In this document: piece after piece, positions 31,047 to 39,888 of the stretch
Position numbering within the stretch: the first letter of the stretch is position 1
How the letters are laid out: the number at the start of each line of letters is the position of its first letter
Source: an uncultured Poribacteria bacterium
GTDB taxonomy: Bacteria; Poribacteria; WGA-4E; WGA-3G
Direction of reading: 5' to 3'
Assembly: GCA_951813545.1 (NCBI GenBank)
Contig: OX638352.1
Coordinates: 4,736,835-4,800,834 of the forward strand
Length of the DNA stretch: 64,000 bases
Position numbers and translations under genes: made by a program
Notes under the pieces: model-generated
The model's input: only the letters and a program-made list of their open reading frames with translations
Databases searched by the model: none
Told to the model about the DNA's origin: nothing

Positions 31047-31844
31047 ATGAAAAGGGTATTTTGTTTTGCTTGTGCCTTGGTGCTAATTTTCACAGGGCAC
31101 ACATTTGGACAGGATGTCGCTGTTTTTTATGACGCAGCGGTTGAAAATGGTGGCGGCTTAGCCGTTCCGAACCCGAAGCAGTTAGCAGAAATGATGGTAG
31201 AGGAGCTTGAGGCAAAAAAACTAACTGCTGAAATTGTGGATAGCGACGAGTTAGCGGAGTATATGAAGGCGAACCCCAAGGGTATCTATATCATCACGCA
31301 AGGGAATACCCCTGGCACGATATTTAAAAAAGAAGGCAAGAAAGACCTTGTTTATACATGGCTAAGAGAAGGCGGGATCGGCGGATTCATCGGCGATTAC
31401 GCGTTCTACTATTATTGGGATAAGGGAGCGCGTGTTACTGCTGCCGGTGCCGGGCAACAAAGCGTGTTTGGTGCTACAATCACAAACGGCACAGTCTCGC
31501 AAGTCAGCCCAACGGATCTTGGGAAGGAGCTCATCCCTTCTCTCAAGAAGTGGAGTTCAAATCGCGCATCAGGTCTTGCTGTTTTGAAGCAAAACGATTT
31601 TGAGTATGAAAGTTATGCCGATGACGGTGTAAACGCAGATCCAATCGCTTACCGCACAAAAGACATGGAGGGATGGTTTATCAACTTCCATACTTCATGT
31701 TGTGGAACAGTCATACCACCGAATGATCAGATCGCTACCGAGTACGCAGAACTGATTTCAAATCGTTTTGCAACTGCAAAAGCAGTAGATCCAACTGGTA
31801 AAGTGAGTGTCGTCTGGGGACGGCTCAAAAAATCACGACAGTAG
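31047..31844 (+). CDS. Secreted protein of unknown family, paralog 1 of 3
   Basis: Signal peptide MKRVFCFACALVLIFTGHTFGQ. Shares VA(I/V)F, (E/Y)GG, DY(I/A)FY and C-terminal D-P-x-G-K-x-x-V-x-W-G-x-(L/I)-K motifs with 35391..36197 and 36303..37124. Confidence 0.5.
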   Translation: MKRVFCFACALVLIFTGHTFGQDVAVFYDAAVENGGGLAVPNPKQLAEMMVEELEAKKLTAEIVDSDELAEYMKANPKGIYIITQGNTPGTIFKKEGKKDLVYTWLREGGIGGFIGDYAFYYYWDKGARVTAAGAGQQSVFGATITNGTVSQVSPTDLGKELIPSLKKWSSNRASGLAVLKQNDFEYESYADDGVNADPIAYRTKDMEGWFINFHTSCCGTVIPPNDQIATEYAELISNRFATAKAVDPTGKVSVVWGRLKKSRQ

Positions 31845-31969
31845 CACCTCGTCATTGGAACTATTTGTTAACCTGTAGCCCCAATCCCCATATTGGGGCT
31901 ACAACCAATTTGTACCGACAGAAACTGTGATGACGGAATACCGACCGTTGACAGTTTAGACCATACACC

Positions 31970-32839
31970 ATGCCACGAAAAATTATGTTCCTCCCACTAT
32001 TAACTAACTTTGGTATCAAAGCAACAGTGAAACATTGCGCCATCTTATGTTTCTTTATTGGCTTAAGCGTTAACCTGACTTCATGCGGTGACGATGAGAG
32101 TCCAGAGGAGCTGACGGATTCGCAAACATCTCTGGAGGCTTCCGACACCCGAATTGATGTTGAAGAGATGGTTTTGATTCCAGCAGGAGAGGTTCGGCTC
32201 GGCACGGATAGCAAGACCAACTTGACGTTCGGAACAGAAGCCGACCTTCGGACAGTTTTTGTCGCAGCGTTCCACATCGATAAATATGAGGTTACAAACA
32301 AACAGTACGCAAAATTCCTCTTGGAGACTGGACATCGGAAACCGAAGTTCTGGGATGATCCAAGGTTGAACACTCCAGATCAACCGGTTGTGGGAGTCAA
32401 TTGGGAAGACGCTGAGGCTTACGCTGTATGGGCTGGCAAACGGCTACCTACCGCGAGTGAATGGGAGAAGGCGGCGCGTGGTATAGATGGTAGACTTTAT
32501 CCGTGGGGAAATGATTATGATGCGACGCGCGGCAATTTCGACGATGGTGGAAGGATGGACGGTAGCACGGATGGCTATGCAATGACTTCTGCACCTATCG
32601 GGAATTTTATAGAGGGTATAAGTCCGTATGGACTCCATGATATGGCAGGAAATGTTTGGGAATGGATAATGGAAGACCCAGGACAGTCGAAAGCGACAGA
32701 TGAGAAAACCTATGCAATTCGTGGGGGATCATGGACGAACGGCGCGGGGGATACACGAACAACGGTCGCTTATATCTACCCAGCACAATGTAGCGATCAT
32801 AGCAGTTCCGTTGGATTCCGTTGTGCAAGGACACCTTAA
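31970..32839 (+). CDS. Formylglycine-generating enzyme (FGE/SUMF1) family protein, lipoprotein
   Basis: GVNWEDAEAYAVWAGKRLPTASEWEKAARG and RGGSW motifs. N-terminal signal with Cys (NLTSCGDD). Confidence 0.8.
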   Translation: MPRKIMFLPLLTNFGIKATVKHCAILCFFIGLSVNLTSCGDDESPEELTDSQTSLEASDTRIDVEEMVLIPAGEVRLGTDSKTNLTFGTEADLRTVFVAAFHIDKYEVTNKQYAKFLLETGHRKPKFWDDPRLNTPDQPVVGVNWEDAEAYAVWAGKRLPTASEWEKAARGIDGRLYPWGNDYDATRGNFDDGGRMDGSTDGYAMTSAPIGNFIEGISPYGLHDMAGNVWEWIMEDPGQSKATDEKTYAIRGGSWTNGAGDTRTTVAYIYPAQCSDHSSSVGFRCARTP

Positions 32840-32948
32840 ACCTCTGATGCAATCTTTCATAGTAGTAGACGCACGCTGCGTGCACTAACAGAGCAATTAA
32901 AAATCGACGAATGTGGTTACTGAACTGAATTCCTAAAAGATAACACTT

Positions 32949-33857
32949 ATGCGAGATACATTGAAATCCGTAATCTGTTTCCTGATGTTGTTAGGCGTGA
33001 TCCTGATGGGTTGTGGCAGTGATGAACAGATGCTGGTTGAAGAAGAAACGGAAGAAATTCAAATCATTGAGATGCCAGTGGTAGAAGTCGTACCTGAACC
33101 GATACCGATAGACGTACCAGCAGGTATGGTATACGTCCCCACTGGGGAATTTATCATGGGCAGCGATCCGGATGTTGATCCAATGACGGATGCGCTCGAT
33201 GAACTCCCGCAGCACAAGGTGTTTTTGGATGCCTATTTTATTGATAAACATGAAGTGTCGAACGCCGACTACACCAAATTTGTTGAAGCCACCGGACACC
33301 GGAATTCAATCTTCTGGGATAACCCGAAGTTTAATCACCCTGACCAGCCGGTTGTGGGTGTGACCTGGGGCGATGCAGCCGCTTATGCAGCGTGGGTTGG
33401 GAAACGCCTGCCTACTGAAGCGGAATGGGAGAAGGCAGCACGCGGCACCGACGCACGCATTTGGCCCTGGGGCAATGAATTCGATCCGACGAAATGCAAC
33501 TTCGATGATGAGGGAAAATTTGACGGACATCTTGACGGTTTTGCGATGGCAGCACCGGTAGAGAGTTTCGAGGGGGGTGCGAGTCCGTATGGTGCATTCA
33601 ACATGGCAGGGAATGTCGCAGAATGGGTTGCAGATTGGTTTGACGCAGAATACTACGCTGTCAGTCCTGCGGAAAACCCGAAAGGTCCTCCAACGAGTGG
33701 GATGGGGAAAAAATCGTGGCGGGGTGCAAGTTGGTTCGCCGGTCCAGATCAGATGCGGTGTGCATTCCGAGAATATGACGACATTGTCGCGAGTGGACAG
33801 ATAATCGGATTTCGGTGCGCGAAAGATGCGATGCAAGATGCACCGAGAGTCGAGTGA
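32949..33857 (+). CDS. Formylglycine-generating enzyme (FGE/SUMF1) family protein, lipoprotein, tandem paralog
   Basis: GVTWGDAAAYAAWVGKRLPTEAEWEKAARG and WRGASW motifs. Lipobox LMGCGSD. Confidence 0.8.
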   Translation: MRDTLKSVICFLMLLGVILMGCGSDEQMLVEEETEEIQIIEMPVVEVVPEPIPIDVPAGMVYVPTGEFIMGSDPDVDPMTDALDELPQHKVFLDAYFIDKHEVSNADYTKFVEATGHRNSIFWDNPKFNHPDQPVVGVTWGDAAAYAAWVGKRLPTEAEWEKAARGTDARIWPWGNEFDPTKCNFDDEGKFDGHLDGFAMAAPVESFEGGASPYGAFNMAGNVAEWVADWFDAEYYAVSPAENPKGPPTSGMGKKSWRGASWFAGPDQMRCAFREYDDIVASGQIIGFRCAKDAMQDAPRVE

Positions 33858-33896
33858 ACCAACCAGCCCCTTAGCCAGCCGACCTAAATCGAGAAC

Positions 33897-35186
33897 TTGA
33901 CTTTACAATTTGGGAATATTAATTTGATGATGCGTTTCATAACGATTTGGATAATATCCAGCTGCGCGTTATTGCTCTTCGGGTGCGGTGAGGAAGAACT
34001 TCCAGAAATGACAGCGATGCCTGAAGAAAAGGATGATATATTCACGGAACGCGAGTGGGCGGTTATTCAACGTTTATCTCCGCTGCCTGACACACCACCG
34101 CCTAACCCTACGAATCGTGTTGCCGATAATCCAGATGCCGCTCGGTTAGGGCAAATGTTTTTCTTCGACGAGCGATTTTCAAAGGACGGAACGGTTGCTT
34201 GTGCAACATGCCATTCACCATTTCATGGGTTCGCTGATGTTGAGGCGACTTCATTGGGCGCGGGGAGAGGAACGAGAAACGCACCAACACTGCTCAATGC
34301 TGCCTATAACAAATGGCAGTTTTGGGACGGTCGCGCAGATACACTGTGGTCGCAAGCACTAAGTGCGCTTGAAGGTGAGGTGGAACAAGCCGGCACAAGA
34401 CTCCAGTATGCACATCTCATCAATAAGCACTATGAAGTCGATTATGAAACCGTATTCGGTGCACTTCCGGATCTTGAGGATGCAACACGTTTCCCACTTG
34501 ATGGAAAACCGGGAGACTCAGATTTCGATAACATGTCCGAAGCGGACCGGCGAGCGGTTAACACCGTCTTTGCAAATATCGGTAAGGCAATTGAGGCTTA
34601 CGAACGTCTCTTGATTAGCCGGAATGCACCGTTTGACCGGTATGTAGCAGGCGAGGCAGAGGCGATCACACTTGAAGCGAAGCGTGGGTTAAAAACATTC
34701 ATCGGTAAAGGTGTTTGTATCCTCTGTCACGATACGCCAACTTTTACAGACAACGATTTCCATAATTTGGGTATCCCGCAAGGTGCGTTGCCAGAGGACA
34801 CTGGGCGTTATGCCGGAATCTCTTTGCTCTTAGCAGATCCGTTTAACGGTGGCGGCATCTATAGTGATAATACCGCAGTTCCTACACGGATTTTAAACTT
34901 TTTGGAGCCAATACCGCAACATCAAGGTGAGTTCAAGACACCAACGCTTCGTAATGTGGCACTAACGGCACCCTACTTTCATACGGGTGAATTTCCGACG
35001 CTCGAATCCGTTATTGAATTCAATAATGTCGGTGGCACGGGTGGTAATTTTGCCGGTAGACGAGAAGGGACACTGGAACCGCTTCATCTCAATCAACAGG
35101 AAAAAGAAGATTTGGTCGAGTTTTTAGAAACATTGACAGGCGAATTACCGTCTACCCATTTGTTAAGGAAGCCCGCTCTGCCATAG
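33897..35186 (+). CDS. Di-haem cytochrome c peroxidase (CCP/MauG family)
   Basis: Two CxxCH haem-binding motifs (CATCHSP, CILCHDT). N-terminal signal with Cys. Conserved CCP block PTLRNVALTAPYFHTGEFPTLE. Confidence 0.85.
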   Translation: MTLQFGNINLMMRFITIWIISSCALLLFGCGEEELPEMTAMPEEKDDIFTEREWAVIQRLSPLPDTPPPNPTNRVADNPDAARLGQMFFFDERFSKDGTVACATCHSPFHGFADVEATSLGAGRGTRNAPTLLNAAYNKWQFWDGRADTLWSQALSALEGEVEQAGTRLQYAHLINKHYEVDYETVFGALPDLEDATRFPLDGKPGDSDFDNMSEADRRAVNTVFANIGKAIEAYERLLISRNAPFDRYVAGEAEAITLEAKRGLKTFIGKGVCILCHDTPTFTDNDFHNLGIPQGALPEDTGRYAGISLLLADPFNGGGIYSDNTAVPTRILNFLEPIPQHQGEFKTPTLRNVALTAPYFHTGEFPTLESVIEFNNVGGTGGNFAGRREGTLEPLHLNQQEKEDLVEFLETLTGELPSTHLLRKPALP

Positions 35187-35390
35187 ACACAATCAGGAAC
35201 GTGATTCTGAAACTTAGGGCTGCTGGGGAAATAAATTAATTTGACTTCAATTAAGGAATCGGGTATAATAACTGAGTTAGGGATATAGACAATTCTTCGT
35301 TTTTTGGAAAAATTATGGAATTCAGTCTGTGAATGCTCTAATAGTATGAGACGAGAGCATTCACTTTGCCGATTAACAAGAGGAAATTAC

Positions 35391-36197
35391 GTGAAAAAAT
35401 TGATAATCATTGCCATGTTTATAATGTGCTACTTCGCTTTGCCGAGCATCGGTATATCTGCTCCGATGGGAGAGGTGGCAATCTTTACAGAGCAAGCCGG
35501 ATGGATGGGGCAGCCTACTGCCGTTGAGGAAGGGAAGGAAATGCTAAACATGCTCAAAACCCCGGCGGATGTTGTGGTATTAACCGATAAAGAGATTGGC
35601 AAATGGGCAGAGGACCACACCGATAATGGCGTTTCTGATATTATCGTAACATTCGGTTGGTTCCCGACAACCTTATATACCCCCGGTAATGTTGATCCTG
35701 ACGGTTCAATCGCTGAAGAATTCCTTGAAGGCGGAAATGTTTTCCTTAATACTGCGGATTATATTTTCTACGTCACACAAGGCGGCGGTGCCAACGGTGA
35801 ACAGGGCTTGAAGAATATGATGGATATCAACGCCGATATGTGGTCCGATGGTACAGCTATCAAACCCACTAATGATGGTAAGAAGTATACCCCTACCCTT
35901 AAAGCCTTTACCTCAGCGCGGACTTTCAAGGAAAAACAGATTGTTGATCCTTGGGAAGTTGAGGTAGTTTTTGGTGATAATGGGGCAGGATTCTTGGATC
36001 CCGCGATTGTCCATGATACCGAAACCGACGGTCGTATCGGAATTGCCTATCAAGTACCAGGTGACGATGGGCTCCCACGGGGCGAACTTTTCACCGAAAT
36101 GATTGATAACTACCTGTTTGAAGTGCTCGGTCCCCAATCAGTTGACCCAAATCAAAAGGTTGCTACGACCTGGGGACATCTTAAATCAAGTTTTTAA
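35391..36197 (+). CDS. Secreted protein of unknown family, paralog 2 of 3
   Basis: Start refined to GTG 35391, after an AAGAGGA RBS. Signal peptide KKLIIIAMFIMCYFALPSIGISA. Long stretches shared with 36303..37124 (FGWFPTTLYTPGN, ADYIFYVT(Q/E)GGGANGE, NADMW(S/G)DGTAI, KYTPTL). Confidence 0.5.
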   Translation: MKKLIIIAMFIMCYFALPSIGISAPMGEVAIFTEQAGWMGQPTAVEEGKEMLNMLKTPADVVVLTDKEIGKWAEDHTDNGVSDIIVTFGWFPTTLYTPGNVDPDGSIAEEFLEGGNVFLNTADYIFYVTQGGGANGEQGLKNMMDINADMWSDGTAIKPTNDGKKYTPTLKAFTSARTFKEKQIVDPWEVEVVFGDNGAGFLDPAIVHDTETDGRIGIAYQVPGDDGLPRGELFTEMIDNYLFEVLGPQSVDPNQKVATTWGHLKSSF

Positions 36198-36302
36198 CCC
36201 ACTATTGTTGGAAACCACTATAGTAACTCAGGTTCTATAACCTATTGCTCCAGCAATATCTTTAGTATAGTTGGAGCAAACTCAAAAAGAAAGGAAAAAC
36301 TA

Positions 36303-37124
36303 ATGACACGCAGTGTATTAACACTATTTGTAGTTCTGTTAATGGTTACATGTACTATTTCAAGTTGGGCTTTAGGTGATGTCGCTATCTTCAGCGAAAA
36401 TACTGGCTGGATTTCCAAAGAAAACGCGGATATTCAACGCGCTATAGTCTTTGACAACCTTAAAGGCACTGTTGGTTCCGTTGGTGACATTGTTTATGCA
36501 ACCGATGCAGAAATCGGGCCGTGGGCAGAAGAACGCATTGATGACGGCAAGGCAGATATCCTCATCATTTTTGGTTGGTTCCCAACAACCCTCTATACCC
36601 CGGGAAACTCGCAGGTAGATGACTCCATCGCCGAACGATTCCTCTACGGTGGAAATATCATCCTCAATTGCGCCGATTATATCTTCTACGTTACTGAAGG
36701 TGGTGGTGCTAATGGTGAAAACGGTTTGAAGACCATCATCAACATCAACGCCGATATGTGGGGCGACGGGACAGCGATTACGCCGACAGCCGATGGCGAA
36801 AAGTATACGCCAACACTTGAAGCGTATACTTCCAATAGACCTTTCAAAAGTGAACAGATCGTTGATCCCTGGAGCGTTGAAGCCGCTTTCGGTGATAACG
36901 GTGCTGGATTCTTTGACCCTGGTATTATCAAATTGAACGATAGTAGCGGACGGGTCGGTATCTGCATGCAAGAAGGAAATAACGGTGAATTGCCACGCGG
37001 ACAGATACTTATCGAAATGATTGATTTCATTTCACAACAACCTGATGTGGCTGGTGCGACGACACCTGTTGAACCAACTGGGAAAGCAGCTGTTATTTGG
37101 GGCAATATCAAAGCCACACGTTAG
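36303..37124 (+). CDS. Secreted protein of unknown family, paralog 3 of 3
   Basis: Signal peptide. About 55-60% identical by eye to paralog 2. Conserved C-terminus VIWGNIKATR. Confidence 0.5.
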   Translation: MTRSVLTLFVVLLMVTCTISSWALGDVAIFSENTGWISKENADIQRAIVFDNLKGTVGSVGDIVYATDAEIGPWAEERIDDGKADILIIFGWFPTTLYTPGNSQVDDSIAERFLYGGNIILNCADYIFYVTEGGGANGENGLKTIININADMWGDGTAITPTADGEKYTPTLEAYTSNRPFKSEQIVDPWSVEAAFGDNGAGFFDPGIIKLNDSSGRVGICMQEGNNGELPRGQILIEMIDFISQQPDVAGATTPVEPTGKAAVIWGNIKATR

Positions 37125-37436
37125 TCTGACCGTAAAGCCAAAACATTCCGCTCTTATGTTCTCGCCTTTAAGGTGCGAATATAAGAGCGTTTTTTATGGA
37201 TGAATAGCATCTGCCTATAGTGCTCAAGAATGGCAAATCAAGTCGGGAATCGGAGTTCCCTCCTACGGGTGTGTAAATATTTTGGCAGCGTTCCCTTATA
37301 GAGCGGTTTTACGCCGACAGCCCCTCGTCAACGTACATAGCACTCCGCTGGAGTGCTATGTAAACAAACCGGTCCTATCAAAAAAATTAAGGAAACCGTG
37401 ACAAAAACTTTACACACTTCCCTCCTACAGAGGTTC

Positions 37437-37465
37437 TTGACAAGCCGCCGCAAATTCTGTATAAT
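37437..37465 (+). promoter_or_regulatory. Consensus sigma70 promoter for the 37490 operon
   Basis: Perfect TTGACA (37437..37442), a 17-bp spacer, then perfect TATAAT (37460..37465). GGAGG follows at 37476..37480, then a TTG start at 37490. Confidence 0.55.
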
Positions 37466-37489
37466 AGATAAGCGTGGAGGAAATATACT

Positions 37490-37963
37490 TTGAAACAGAT
37501 TATCACACACGCAGACCCAGACCTCGATGCTATTGTCAGCGCATGGATCGCTCAAGATTTTCTTTTCCGACAGACCGCATCAGAGGTACTGTTTGTGAGT
37601 CGCAAAGTACCCGAAAGGCTTATGTTACATGCCGACTGTGTGGTAGATGTTGGGAACACATATTCTCCTGAGAATTACCGGTTCGATCACAAGCCTCCGG
37701 CATTTCGGAATAGAAATGGCACCTGTGCAACTCGGCTTATCTGGGAATATCTGATCAATATTGGTGTTGATGTCGCGTATCTTGAGCCTTTGGTACAGAT
37801 AACATATCAAGGGGATACACACCGGAATTCGGAGGCACTTAAACAGAGCCGAATCGATGGACCACATGCCGAATTAGCCAGACTCAAAGCAGAATATAAA
37901 GAGACGACAGAGGTCTATCGAGAGATGGTTCTCTGGCTGAGGAGTTATACAAAAAACTTATGA
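37490..37963 (+). CDS. Small hypothetical protein with DHH-phosphoesterase-like N-terminal motifs
   Basis: 157 aa. HADPDLDAIVSAW resembles DHH motif I. VVDVG and FDHK are possible motifs II/III. It is far shorter than canonical DHH proteins. TTG start with a GGAGG RBS. Its stop overlaps the next gene start. Confidence 0.4.
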   Translation: MKQIITHADPDLDAIVSAWIAQDFLFRQTASEVLFVSRKVPERLMLHADCVVDVGNTYSPENYRFDHKPPAFRNRNGTCATRLIWEYLINIGVDVAYLEPLVQITYQGDTHRNSEALKQSRIDGPHAELARLKAEYKETTEVYREMVLWLRSYTKNL

Positions 37964-39270
37964 AGCAGCTTACATGTTTATTTATTGCCCTATTTGCTAT
38001 AGCAGTCGTGCAGGCGCAATTCGCAAGTGCCGATGAATGGCACCAGTGGCGTGGTGAAAACCGGGAAGGCGTTTGGAACGAAACAGGTATCATCGAAAAA
38101 TTTGAAGGTGAGGAGATTCCACTTCGGTGGCGCGTTCCTATCGGAAGTGGCTATAGCGGACCGAGTGTTGCTGATGGACGCGTGTACGTCACAGACAGGC
38201 TCACAAAGCCAAAACAGGTTGAACGCGTTCACTGCTTCGATTGGGAAACAGGCGAATCACTCTGGTCTTACACCTACGATTGTGTCTATAAAATAGACTA
38301 TACAGCGGGACCGCGTGCAAATGTTACCATTCATGATGGACTCGCTTACGCTTTAGGGTCGATGGGACATCTACACTGTTTCGATGCCGTTACTGGAGAC
38401 ATCATCTGGAAAAGAGATCTCAATGCCGAATATAACATTAATATGCCGATTTGGGGCATCGCGTGCGCACCTATTGTTGAGGGTGAAAACCTGATCGTTC
38501 AAATCGGCGGAAAGCCGAACGCTTGTATCGTTGCATTTGATCGGAAAACGGGTGAGGAGAAGTGGAAAGCGTTAGACGACAACGCCTCTTATTCGGCACC
38601 GATTGTCATTACGCAAGCGGGTGAACGCGTCTTAATTTGCTGGACGGGTGCTAACATCACCGGACTTAATCCGCAAACTGGAAAAGTACACTGGCTTTAT
38701 CCGTTTCCACCGGAAAGTTTTGAGATCGCTATTGCGACACCTATTTTCAATCAGAATGAATTGTTTGTCACAGAATTCCGTCAAGGATCTCTTCTCCTGA
38801 AGCTGCCACCGGATAAGTTGGCTGCAGAACTCGGCTGGCACCGTAAGGGAAAAAACGAACAGAATACCGACGCCCTTCAGACGACAATGGCGACACCTGT
38901 CCGTTTGGGGGATTACATCTATGGGGTGGATAGTTATGGAGAACTCCGCTGTTTAGATGCAGGAAACGGGGATCGGATTTGGGAAGACCTCACCGCTGTG
39001 CGGAAAGCACGCTGGAGCAATATCCATTTCGTCAGTCATCCAGTGGCATCGGATAACAGAGTATGGATGTTTAACGAACATGGCGAACTTCTCATCACGG
39101 AACTCTCTCCCGACGGACTAAATATTATCAGTCGCGCCAAACTAATCGAACCGACGCGCGACCAATTGAACCGAAGGGGCGGCGTTACGTGGGCGCATCC
39201 TGCGTTTGCCTATAAGCACGTCTTCGCACGAAACGACAAAGAACTCGTTTGTGCCAATTTAGAAAAATAG
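37960..39270 (+). CDS. PQQ-like beta-propeller repeat protein (BamB-like fold), secreted
   Basis: Signal peptide. WHQWRGENREGVWNE N-terminus and repeated hydrophobic-W/G-x-D propeller blades. Confidence 0.7.
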   Translation: MKQLTCLFIALFAIAVVQAQFASADEWHQWRGENREGVWNETGIIEKFEGEEIPLRWRVPIGSGYSGPSVADGRVYVTDRLTKPKQVERVHCFDWETGESLWSYTYDCVYKIDYTAGPRANVTIHDGLAYALGSMGHLHCFDAVTGDIIWKRDLNAEYNINMPIWGIACAPIVEGENLIVQIGGKPNACIVAFDRKTGEEKWKALDDNASYSAPIVITQAGERVLICWTGANITGLNPQTGKVHWLYPFPPESFEIAIATPIFNQNELFVTEFRQGSLLLKLPPDKLAAELGWHRKGKNEQNTDALQTTMATPVRLGDYIYGVDSYGELRCLDAGNGDRIWEDLTAVRKARWSNIHFVSHPVASDNRVWMFNEHGELLITELSPDGLNIISRAKLIEPTRDQLNRRGGVTWAHPAFAYKHVFARNDKELVCANLEK

Positions 39271-39888
39271 TGGGTTTCTTCTTTTTAGCCAAAGATCGAG
39301 AGCCTGAAACGAAGTGAAAGGGTTTTTGCTTGGGGGTTTCTTCAGATCTACGTAAAAGAATGTTAAATCCCAAACTATACTAACCGAACCACAAGGAATA
39401 ATTAAGAATAGCGGGTTTCTTTTTTTTACCCAAAGATCGTGAGCCTGAAACGAAGTGGAGGGCGGATCTACGTAAAAGAACGTTAAATCCCAAACCATAC
39501 TAACCGAACCGCAAGGAACAATTAAGAATAGCGGGTTTCTTCTTTTTAGCCAAAGATCGCGAGCCTGAAACGAAGTGGAGGGCGGATCTACGTAAAAGAA
39601 CGTTAAATCCCAAACCATACTAACCGAACCGCAAGGAACAATTAAGAATAGCGGGTTTCTTCTTTTTAGCCAAAGATCGCGAGCCTGAAACGAAGTGGAG
39701 GGCGGATCTACGTAAAAGAACGTTAAATCCCAAACCATACTAACCGAACCGCAAGGAATAATTAAGAATAGCGGGTTTCTTCTTTTTAGCCAAAGATCGC
39801 GAGCCTGAAACGAAGTGGAGGGCGGATCTACGTAAAAGAACGTTAAATCCCAAACTATACTAACCGAACCGCAAGGAATAATTAAAAT
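39269..39888. repeat. Tandem repeat, 5 units of ~120 bp (first unit 141 bp), filling the whole PQQ-M16 intergenic region
   Basis: Unit AGCGGGTTTCTTCTTTTTAGCCAAAGATCGCGAGCCTGAAACGAAGTGGAGGGCGGATCTACGTAAAAGAACGTTAAATCCCAAACCATACTAACCGAACCGCAAGGAACAATTAAGAAT. Unit boundaries at 39410, 39530, 39650 and 39770. Units 3 and 4 are identical. The array ends 1 nt before the ATG at 39889. Confidence 0.9.

Noticed and set aside
33306-33836. 176-aa minus-strand ORF
   Set aside because: It is antisense to the second FGE-like gene, which has strong motif support.
36372-37117. 199-aa and 143-aa minus-strand ORFs
   Set aside because: They are antisense to secreted-protein paralog 3, which is supported by a signal peptide and paralogy.
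39259-39738. 159-aa minus-strand ORF with internally repeated peptide (MVWDLTFFYVDPPSTSFQARDLWLKRRNPLFLIVPCGSVS x4)
   Set aside because: It is a reading-frame artefact of the 120-bp tandem repeat. The period is a multiple of 3 and the units are nucleotide-identical. There is no RBS or plausible start context.
39269-39888. Possible CRISPR array (also considered for 47300..47580)
   Set aside because: The repeats are directly adjacent with no unique spacers. The 120-bp unit is far longer than CRISPR repeats, and no cas genes are in the window.
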